A program made the translations under genes and the position numbers. Shown here one piece after another: positions 36,485 to 44,021 of a DNA stretch of 64,000 nt. The notes under the pieces are model-generated. The model had not been told where the DNA came from. It made no database searches and saw only the letters and a list, made by a program, of their open reading frames with translations. Source of the DNA: Selenomonadaceae bacterium. Lineage in GTDB: Bacteria; Bacillota; Negativicutes; Selenomonadales; Selenomonadaceae. Numbering within the stretch: position 1 is the stretch's first letter; each line of letters opens with the position of its first letter. Location: assembly GCA_034186105.1 (NCBI GenBank), contig JAXGCE010000011.1, forward strand, positions 4,120 to 68,119, given 5' to 3'.

Positions 36485-37195
36485 TTATCGCTGCGTCATC
36501 GCTGCTCGTTTTGCGAGCTGATCGCACCGCTCGTTGAGCAGGTTTCCCGCATGGCCTTTGACCCAGTGGAATGAGACCGTGTGCGCACCATAGAGACGAT
36601 CGAGCTCCATCCAGAGATCCTGGTTGAGTACAGGCTGGCCATCGGCCTTGCGCCAGCCGCGGCGCTTCCAGCCCGCGACCCATTTCGTGATGCCATTCTT
36701 GAGATACTGGCTGTCCGTGTAGAGCGCGACGCGCGTGCCTTCGGGCGCGAGGCGCAGCGCCTCGATGGCGGCTGTGAGTTCCATGCGGTTGTTCGTCGTC
36801 GATGGTTCGCCTGCGCTGCGTTCTGTCACCTGTCCCGTCGCCATGTTCTTGGCGACGATGGCCCAGCCGCCAGGGCCATTCGGATTGCGCAAGCAGCTGC
36901 CGTCCGTGAAGATCGTATAGTCAGCAGGATCTGTCGCCAAAGCGGGCGATGGTGAGGGCAGCGACGTTCGAGGTTTTCGATACGTCGCTGTCTTTTTTGT
37001 TTTTTTGCTCGGAGATGCTTTGGGCGTTGCTGGTTTTGGGTTGCCATTGAGCCATGCGAGTGCCGCGCGCACGTCTGTGAATGACTGGAAGCGTGCGCCT
37101 GCGAAGCCTTTGACCTGCTTCTCGCATTCGCTCCAGCTCGTGAAAATGCCGACGGCGCGGCCGCGTGCGACGGCGTAAACTTTCTTTGCTGTCAT
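36485..37195 (-). CDS. rnhA: Ribonuclease HI with N-terminal hybrid-binding domain
   Basis: The N-terminus is KKVYAVARGRAVGIFTSWSECEKQVKGFAGARFQSF. A K/P/S/T linker follows, and then the RNase H core with FTDGSC, NNRMEL, DSQY and HAGNLLNERCDQLA. The ORF-track extension to 37528 is non-coding. Confidence 0.88.
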   Translation of the reverse strand: MTAKKVYAVARGRAVGIFTSWSECEKQVKGFAGARFQSFTDVRAALAWLNGNPKPATPKASPSKKTKKTATYRKPRTSLPSPSPALATDPADYTIFTDGSCLRNPNGPGGWAIVAKNMATGQVTERSAGEPSTTNNRMELTAAIEALRLAPEGTRVALYTDSQYLKNGITKWVAGWKRRGWRKADGQPVLNQDLWMELDRLYGAHTVSFHWVKGHAGNLLNERCDQLAKRAAMTQR

Positions 37196-37293
37196 CAAAA
37201 GAATCCTTTCCTCTGTTATGGGAACGTTACACTTTACTTCTATGATCATACCATAGAATTGAATGTTTTGGTTGATAAAAGGGGAAGGTTTCT

Positions 37294-39231
37294 TTGATGT
37301 ATGCTTTGTGGAAACAGTTGGGAGCATGGCGTCGGTCGCATTCGTCAGCAGGCTATTTGCTCGTGCTGCTTGCGACGTGGTGCGCCGTGCATTTCGCCAC
37401 GCGCCTGGCGATGCTTCTGAGCTCGGCGGGCGTCGTCTCATGGCTGCCGCTCGATCTCGGGAAAGTCTTCGGCCTTGGGCTGCTCTACGATGTCGGTGCG
37501 GGCGTGTTCTTCTGCCTGCCCGTCGCACTCTATCTGCTCGTGCCGCAGCATTTTCTCTCGGCGCGACTCCATCGCTGGGGGCTCATGGCGTTGACGTTCG
37601 TACTCGACACGTTTCTCGTGTTCTGCGCCGTTGCGCTCTACCTCTACTGGCAGGAATTCCACACGAATTTCAATTTCATCGCTGTCGACTACCTCATCTA
37701 CACGCAGGAAATGATCCAGCAGGTCGTCCAGTCGTTCCCGATGGGGATCATCCTGCCTGCGATCCTTTTTGCCGCAGCAGTTCTCGCGTGGCTGCAGCAT
37801 CGCGCGTTGCCGTGCGCATTCCGCTGGTCATCAAAGCATGCACTGGCGATGCTCACCATGATCGTCTTGCTGCCGCTCGTCGTCGGTTTCGGTACGTCAG
37901 CGGATGGGCGCACGCATCTGACGGAAAACCGCTACAACAACGAGCTTGCGGGCAACGGCCCCTATGAGTTCGTCCATGCGTTTCTTGCGAACGAGCTCGA
38001 TTACATGGCATTCTACCAGACGGAGGACAGTATGGCCGCGCGCACACACCTGCGGCAGATGCTCGCTGCGCCAAATGCGACGTTTCTCGACGATGATACG
38101 ACGCTGCGCGACGTGAAAAATGAGAACGCGCTGACGGGCAAGCAGCCGAATGTCGTCATCATCACGGTCGAGAGCCTAAGTGCGACGTTCTGCGGCGCGT
38201 TTGGTGCGAAAGAAAGCGATACACCGTATCTCGATGCGCTCGCGCAGGATTCGTTCATATTTTCCAACATGTATGCGACGGGCACGCGCACAGTGCGCGG
38301 TCTCGAAGCCATCACGCTCGCCGTGCCGCCGACGCCGGGGCAGTCCATCCTGCGCCGTCCGAACCATGAAGATCTGAGCTCGCTTGGCGAAGCATTTCGC
38401 CAGAACGGCTATGCGCGCGACTTCCTCTATGGCGGCTATGGCTATTTTGACAACATGAATGCATTCTTCGAGAGCAATGGCTACACGATCAAGGATCGCA
38501 CGTCCATCCCCGATGATGAGATCATTCGGGAGACGGTCTGGGGCGTTGCGGACGAGACGCTGTTCACGCAGGTACTGCGCTCGCTCGATGAGCACGCAGC
38601 AGCAGGCGAGCCCGCATTCGAGATGGTCATGACGACATCGAACCACCGCCCGTTCACGTTCCCCGAGGGGCGTGTCGATGGCGAACAAGGCACGCGCGAA
38701 GGCGCTGTGCTCTACACGGACTGGGCTATTCATGATTTTCTTGAGCGCGCGCAGGAGAAACCGTGGTTTGACAATACGGTCTTCGTCATCGTGGCCGATC
38801 ATCAGGCCGGCGTCGCAGGCAAGACGGCGCTGCCCGTCGACAAGTACCATATCCCATGCCTCGTCTACGCACCAAAGCTCATCGAGGCAGGCAGCACGAA
38901 CCGCCTCGTGAGCCAGACGGACCTCGGCCCGACGCTGCTCGGCATGCTCGGCCTCTCGTATCGCACGAGCTGGCTCGGCCGCGATCTCTTCCAGACGCCC
39001 GAGGCCGATGATCGCGCATTCATCAGCACGTACCAGAGCCTTGGCCTCGTCAAGAGCAGCGACCTCGTCGTGCTGACGCCGGACAAATCCGTCGCAGCCA
39101 GCCGCATCGACGACTGGGCGACGAGCGACTACACGAAAGAAACCGTGACGCCAGCGCTCGAAAGCGAGGCGGTCAGCTGGTATCAGGAGGCGAGTGAACT
39201 CTTCAAGAGCGGGCTTTTGAAGAATCGATAA
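37294..39231 (+). CDS. LTA synthase / phosphoglycerol-transferase-like sulfatase-family membrane enzyme (second copy)
   Basis: Five N-terminal TM segments are followed by PNVVIITVESLSA and VIVADHQAG. Confidence 0.85.
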   Translation: MMYALWKQLGAWRRSHSSAGYLLVLLATWCAVHFATRLAMLLSSAGVVSWLPLDLGKVFGLGLLYDVGAGVFFCLPVALYLLVPQHFLSARLHRWGLMALTFVLDTFLVFCAVALYLYWQEFHTNFNFIAVDYLIYTQEMIQQVVQSFPMGIILPAILFAAAVLAWLQHRALPCAFRWSSKHALAMLTMIVLLPLVVGFGTSADGRTHLTENRYNNELAGNGPYEFVHAFLANELDYMAFYQTEDSMAARTHLRQMLAAPNATFLDDDTTLRDVKNENALTGKQPNVVIITVESLSATFCGAFGAKESDTPYLDALAQDSFIFSNMYATGTRTVRGLEAITLAVPPTPGQSILRRPNHEDLSSLGEAFRQNGYARDFLYGGYGYFDNMNAFFESNGYTIKDRTSIPDDEIIRETVWGVADETLFTQVLRSLDEHAAAGEPAFEMVMTTSNHRPFTFPEGRVDGEQGTREGAVLYTDWAIHDFLERAQEKPWFDNTVFVIVADHQAGVAGKTALPVDKYHIPCLVYAPKLIEAGSTNRLVSQTDLGPTLLGMLGLSYRTSWLGRDLFQTPEADDRAFISTYQSLGLVKSSDLVVLTPDKSVAASRIDDWATSDYTKETVTPALESEAVSWYQEASELFKSGLLKNR

Positions 39232-39236
39232 CATCA

Positions 39237-39277
39237 AATTGCGTTGGAGGCGTTCCGTTTCCAACGCAATTTTTTTG
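39237..39277 (+). terminator. Rho-independent terminator
   Basis: A 12-bp stem, AATTGCGTTGGA / TCCAACGCAATT, is followed by TTTTTT. Confidence 0.85.
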
Positions 39278-39283
39278 CCTTGA

Positions 39284-39307
39284 AATAGTAAATATCTCTT
39301 TACTATT
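39284..39307 (+). promoter_or_regulatory. Perfect 9-bp palindrome upstream of mlaE (candidate operator)
   Basis: AATAGTAAA-TATCTC-TTTACTATT overlaps a possible TTTACT-N17-TAAACT promoter. Confidence 0.4.
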
Positions 39308-39374
39308 TTTCGTTTGCTTGCTAAACTAGAGGAAGCATTTTGCAACGTGACGATAGAGCGAAGGAGGGACGGCG

Positions 39375-40145
39375 ATGCTGATGCGATGCCTCGAAGCTTT
39401 GGGCGGCTTCGTCATCCGCAGGTGCGAGGCGTTCGGCACGATCGTGCTGCTCTATGCCGAGACGATGCGGCAGCTCACGCACCGGCCGCGCATGCGGCAC
39501 ATCGTCGCGCAGATGTCGCACCTCGGCGTCGATTCTCTGGCCATCGTCAGCCTGACGCTGCTGTTCACGGGCGTCGTGCTGACGCTGCAGACAGCGCATG
39601 AATTCATCCAGTATGGTGCGCAGAGTACGATCGGCGCCGTCATCGCCATCGCCATCGGACGCGAGCTCGGGCCCGTGCTCGTCGGCGTTGTCTGCGCCGG
39701 CCGCGTCGGCGCTGCCATCACGGCGGAGATTTCGACGATGAAGGTCACGGAGCAGATCGACGCGTTGCGCGTCATGGCCGTGAATCCGGTCGACTACCTC
39801 ATTGTGCCGCGCATGATCGCCTGCATGATCGTCGTGCCGATCCTCACGGTGTTCGGCGATTTCATTGGCGTCTTTGGCGGCTGGGCCGTGGCGGTGTATT
39901 ATTCGGGCATCAGCTCGTATCTTTTCACGAATTCCCTCCATATGTATGTCGATGCGTACGACCTCACGGGCGGTCTCATCAAGGCCATCTTCTTTGGCAA
40001 CGTCATCGCGGTGCTCGGATGCTACTACGGCCTGCATTCGCCGGCCGGTGCCGAGGGCGTCGGCCGCGCGACGACGCGCACGGTCGTTGCGTCGATCATC
40101 GTGATCTTTATTTTGAACGCATTCCTAACGCTTATCCTGTTTTAA
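39375..40145 (+). CDS. mlaE: MlaE-family lipid ABC transporter permease
   Basis: IAIGRELGPVLVGVVCAGRVGAAITAEISTMKVTEQIDAL. RBS GAAGGAGGG. Confidence 0.88.
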   Translation: MLMRCLEALGGFVIRRCEAFGTIVLLYAETMRQLTHRPRMRHIVAQMSHLGVDSLAIVSLTLLFTGVVLTLQTAHEFIQYGAQSTIGAVIAIAIGRELGPVLVGVVCAGRVGAAITAEISTMKVTEQIDALRVMAVNPVDYLIVPRMIACMIVVPILTVFGDFIGVFGGWAVAVYYSGISSYLFTNSLHMYVDAYDLTGGLIKAIFFGNVIAVLGCYYGLHSPAGAEGVGRATTRTVVASIIVIFILNAFLTLILF

Positions 40146-40164
40146 CGGCACGTGCGAGGTATTT

Positions 40165-40920
40165 ATGATAAGATTAATAGATGTCGGAAAACGCTTCGAT
40201 GAGAATTGGGCTCTCCGGCATGTGAACCTCGAGATCGAGGATGGCGAGACGCTCGCGATCATCGGCGGCTCGGGGTCGGGAAAGAGCACGCTCTTGCGCC
40301 TGCTCATCGGCCTCATCCAGCCGACAGAGGGCGAGATCTGGATGGACGACAAGGAAATCGGCCATATGACGGAGCACGAGCTCAAGGACATCCGGCTCCA
40401 CATGGGCATGGTGTTCCAGTATTCGGCGCTGTTTGACTCGATGACGGTCGGCGACAATGTCGCGTTCGGCCTGCGCGAGCACACGAAGAAGAAAGAGGAC
40501 GAAATCAGCCGCATCGTTGCGGAAAAACTGAAGCTTGTCGGTCTCGAAGGTGTGGAGCAGATGATGCCAAACGAGCTTTCGGGCGGCATGAAGAAGCGCG
40601 TGAGCCTCGCGCGCGCCATCGCCATCGAGCCGGACATCATCTTTTACGACGAGCCGAGCTCGGGCCTCGACCCCATCATGACGGAAAAGATCGACGAGCT
40701 CATTATCCACACGCAGCGGCGGCTCCATGTGACGAGCGTCGTCGTGACGCATGATATGGCAAGTGCGTGCCGCATCTCTGACCGCATCGCCATGATTTAT
40801 GAGGGTGAGCTCATCGCCGTCGATACGGCGGAAAAATTCCAAGAACTCCAAGACCCGTGTGTGCAGGCATTTTTTCACACGCTGCGGACGACGAAAGAGA
40901 CGAGGGAGGAAAGCGCATGA
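40165..40920 (+). CDS. mlaF: MlaF-type ABC transporter ATP-binding protein
   Basis: Walker A GGSGSGKST, signature LSGGMKKR and Walker B IIFYDEP are present. Confidence 0.9.
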   Translation: MIRLIDVGKRFDENWALRHVNLEIEDGETLAIIGGSGSGKSTLLRLLIGLIQPTEGEIWMDDKEIGHMTEHELKDIRLHMGMVFQYSALFDSMTVGDNVAFGLREHTKKKEDEISRIVAEKLKLVGLEGVEQMMPNELSGGMKKRVSLARAIAIEPDIIFYDEPSSGLDPIMTEKIDELIIHTQRRLHVTSVVVTHDMASACRISDRIAMIYEGELIAVDTAEKFQELQDPCVQAFFHTLRTTKETREESA

Positions 40921-42206
40921 AGACAGAAGCGAAGGTCGGCGCGTTCACGGCCGCAGGGCTCGTGTTGCTCGCCGTGCTCGTGCTCGGGCTGTCCGGCTTT
41001 TCCCTGAAATCGGGGCGCGGCTACACGGTCTATGCGGGCTTTCATCAGGTCATCGGCCTCGAGAAGCAGGCACAGGTCTGTCTCGCAGGCGTGCCGATCG
41101 GCGAGGTCACAGACATCTCGAATGATGGCGGCGGCGTCACGGTGGCGCTGCGCGTGAATCCCGACGTGCGCATCCCCGAGGGTTCGCATGTGACGATCGG
41201 CACGCCAGGCGTCATGGGCGAGAAATTTGTGAATATCCTACCAGCCGAGGATCGCGGCCACTACATCGGCGATGGCGCCTACCTCATCGGCGACGACGAG
41301 CAGGGCATGGATTCCATGTTCGCTGGCATCAATACCGTCGTTGGACAGGCGCAGGAACTCCTCGCGAGCCTCAACAGCATTGCGGGCGACAAGGGCTTCC
41401 GTCAGTCCGTCTTGCAGATGACAGCGAACATGCGCGACATGACGGCGCATCTCTCAGGCCTCATGGCGCAGCTTGAGGGCATGGCGGCGGAAAACCGCGG
41501 CAACGTCCAGTCCATGACGGCGAACCTTGTGACGGTCACGGAGTCGATGAACCGCACGATGGCAAATGTCGAGCACATGATGGCGAACATGAATAGTGTG
41601 CTTGGCGACCCACAGACGGCAGAAAATGTCCGTGCGACACTCGCAAATCTCAAGGATACGAGCGACCGCGTGCAGCACATCGCCGAGAATCTCGAAGGCG
41701 TCGCAGGCGATCCGCAGACGGCGGAAGACCTGCGGCAGACGGTCAAAAATGCACGCGCCATCAGCGAAAAAGCAGGGAATATGCTCGGTTCCGTCGAATC
41801 TATGGAGGTAAAGCCGAGCGTTGACCTGCTCTATAGCGGTGATGAAAGCGACTGGAGCGCGAATGCGAACATCCATGTGGATCGTGGCGAGCGCACGATC
41901 GATCTCGGCGTTGATGACATTGGCGACGATAGCCTGTTCAATGCGCAGATCGGCAAAAAATTCCATGGCGGAAGCTTTGGCGTGCGCGGCGGCGTCGTCG
42001 CGGGCAAGGTCGGCGCAGGGCTCGATGTCTATGCGGGCAAGCGGTTCACACTTTCGACAGATGCCTACGATCCTGACGATGTGAAGCTCCGCCTGCGTGC
42101 GGCTTATGACCTCGGCGGCGGCACGTCGCTCCTCGGTCAATGGAATGATGTGACAAACAAAGAAGATGAACGGGCCGGGTATTTCGGCGTCCGTCAGTCA
42201 TTCTGA
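40917..42206 (+). CDS. mlaD: MlaD/MCE-domain protein with long helical region and beta-rich C-terminal domain
   Basis: The ATG overlaps the mlaF stop. An N-terminal TM segment is followed by the MCE domain (GLEKQAQVCLAGVPIGEV...) and an internal GDPQTAE(N/D)(V/L)R repeat. The protein ends ...GYFGVRQSF. Confidence 0.85.
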   Translation: MKTEAKVGAFTAAGLVLLAVLVLGLSGFSLKSGRGYTVYAGFHQVIGLEKQAQVCLAGVPIGEVTDISNDGGGVTVALRVNPDVRIPEGSHVTIGTPGVMGEKFVNILPAEDRGHYIGDGAYLIGDDEQGMDSMFAGINTVVGQAQELLASLNSIAGDKGFRQSVLQMTANMRDMTAHLSGLMAQLEGMAAENRGNVQSMTANLVTVTESMNRTMANVEHMMANMNSVLGDPQTAENVRATLANLKDTSDRVQHIAENLEGVAGDPQTAEDLRQTVKNARAISEKAGNMLGSVESMEVKPSVDLLYSGDESDWSANANIHVDRGERTIDLGVDDIGDDSLFNAQIGKKFHGGSFGVRGGVVAGKVGAGLDVYAGKRFTLSTDAYDPDDVKLRLRAAYDLGGGTSLLGQWNDVTNKEDERAGYFGVRQSF

Positions 42207-42252
42207 GATAGATCCAATATACAAGGAACCAGAATGAACAGGAGGAACTACC

Positions 42253-43995
42253 TTGAAAAAGAATCATCCTATTTATAAAAAACTCACAGCCCTCGTGCTC
42301 GGCGGCCTCATGACGATGAGCGCTGGCACGGCGCTGGCGGCGGATACCGTTGATCTCGGCCTCGATGACAGCATTCAGATGGCGTTTGAAAATAACCGCA
42401 CGCTGAAGCAGTCGCTCGCGAATGTCGATGCTGCACGCTGGAACCTCTCGTCCGCACGCCGCCAGCAGGGACCGACGCTTTCGTGGCAGGGCACGGCGAA
42501 CCGCGTCGGCGGTAAGTACTACCAGAACGCTAGCTATGACAATCTCTATGGCAATACGCTGTCGGCGGGCTACAACCTCGATACGAGCGGCAGCCTCAAG
42601 CATACGCGCGAACGCGCGGCCTATGCGCTGAACCAGGCCGACCTCACGCTCGAGAACGCGAAGCAGACGATCAAGTATCAGACGACGTCGGCGTACTACC
42701 AGGTGCTCGAGTATCGCAACCTCGTCGAAGTCCAGCAGGAAGCGGTCGACGTGCTGCAGGAGCATCTGAACAACGTCAACGCGCAGTTCCGCGTCGGCAC
42801 GGTCGCGAAATCCGACGTGCTCTCGTCGGAAGTCCAGCTCGCGAACGCGCAGCAGAGCCTCGTGACGGTGCAGAACAATTACAACCTCGCCATCGCGTCG
42901 CTGAATAACATCATCGGCCTGCCGACGGACACGCAGCTCAACATCAAGGATTCGCTGCAGTACACGCCGTATGACCTGAATCTCGACAACTGCACGGTCT
43001 ACGCACTTGACAACCGCCCGGACGGCATCGCGGCCGACTATGCGGTCGAGCAGGCAAAGCAGGCCGTCGATATCGCGCGTGCCGGCCACAAGCCGACGGT
43101 CAATGCCTCGGTCGTGCGCTCGCTGACGGGCGACGATCCGTTTGATGAGGATGTTACGGGCCAGTGGACGGCAGGCTTCACGGCGAACTGGAACCTCTTC
43201 GACAACGGCGTGACGCATGCGTCTGTCGAGCAGGCGAAAGCGAGCCTGCGCGCTTCGGAGGAATCGGCAGCCGCCACGAAGGAAGACATCCAGCTGAATG
43301 TCCGCCAGCAGTTCCTCTCGCTGCAGGCAGCAGAAAAGAACATCCAGACGACGTCGAAAGCCGTCGAACAGGCAGAGGAAGATTACAAGATCGCGCAGGT
43401 CCGCTACAGCGCCGGTGTCGATACGAACCTCTCCGTCATGGATGCGCAGGAAAAACTCACGAGCGCGCGCACGAACTACTACACGGCGCTCTACAATTAC
43501 AATACGAGCAAGGCAGCACTCGACAAGGCCATGGGCATCCCCATCGACATCGATGTGCCGCGCTATGTCGCGGCTCAGCAGGACGGCAACTCGCCACAGA
43601 AGACGCTCGATGCAGCGCTCCTGCATGAGAAGCTCACGAAGGATGAGGAAAAAGCGCTGCGCGAAGTGAAGCCGACGATCAAGATCGCGGCGGCAAAGGA
43701 AGCTGATGCGGCAAAGGCAGCAGCGGAGCCGACGGCAGCAGAGAAGAAGGCGGCGAAGAAAGCAGCGAAGGCGGCGGAAAAGGAAGCAAAGGCAAAAGCG
43801 AAAGCGGAGGCCAAGGCTGCGAAGGAGCAGGCGAAAGCGGAAGCGAAGGCCAATGCGGAGGCTGAGAAGGCCGCACAGGCCGAGACGAAAGCCGCAGCGA
43901 ACGATGCAACAAAGACGCAGGCAAAGCAGGAAGCCGCACCGACAGAAAATGTCCAGCAGGAGAGCAACAACGTAGAGGCAGAGCTCGCCGGCTGA
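42253..43995 (+). CDS. tolC: TolC-family outer-membrane channel with K/A/E-rich C-terminal tail
   Basis: The signal peptide ends ...AGTALA. The two repeated TolC halves include NNRTLKQS..., VGTVAKSDVL and AGVDTNLSVMDAQ. TTG start with an AGGAGG RBS. Confidence 0.88.
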   Translation: MKKNHPIYKKLTALVLGGLMTMSAGTALAADTVDLGLDDSIQMAFENNRTLKQSLANVDAARWNLSSARRQQGPTLSWQGTANRVGGKYYQNASYDNLYGNTLSAGYNLDTSGSLKHTRERAAYALNQADLTLENAKQTIKYQTTSAYYQVLEYRNLVEVQQEAVDVLQEHLNNVNAQFRVGTVAKSDVLSSEVQLANAQQSLVTVQNNYNLAIASLNNIIGLPTDTQLNIKDSLQYTPYDLNLDNCTVYALDNRPDGIAADYAVEQAKQAVDIARAGHKPTVNASVVRSLTGDDPFDEDVTGQWTAGFTANWNLFDNGVTHASVEQAKASLRASEESAAATKEDIQLNVRQQFLSLQAAEKNIQTTSKAVEQAEEDYKIAQVRYSAGVDTNLSVMDAQEKLTSARTNYYTALYNYNTSKAALDKAMGIPIDIDVPRYVAAQQDGNSPQKTLDAALLHEKLTKDEEKALREVKPTIKIAAAKEADAAKAAAEPTAAEKKAAKKAAKAAEKEAKAKAKAEAKAAKEQAKAEAKANAEAEKAAQAETKAAANDATKTQAKQEAAPTENVQQESNNVEAELAG

Positions 43996-44021
43996 TACCA
44001 GAAAAATGAGGTGAGGCTATC

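Noticed and set aside
36485-37528. The full 347-aa ORF listed for the RNase H locus.
   Set aside because: The first 111 codons are Arg/Ala/Pro-rich and run through the promoter region of the divergent LtaS-like gene. The Met at 37195 has an RBS and starts exactly at the conserved hybrid-binding domain.
43700-43980. Periodic GCN-AAR reiteration that looks repeat-like at the DNA level, a possible tandem repeat or CRISPR-like array.
   Set aside because: The periodicity is at the codon level (Ala/Lys/Glu low complexity) within the tolC reading frame. There are no conserved direct repeats separated by unique spacers and no cas genes in the window.
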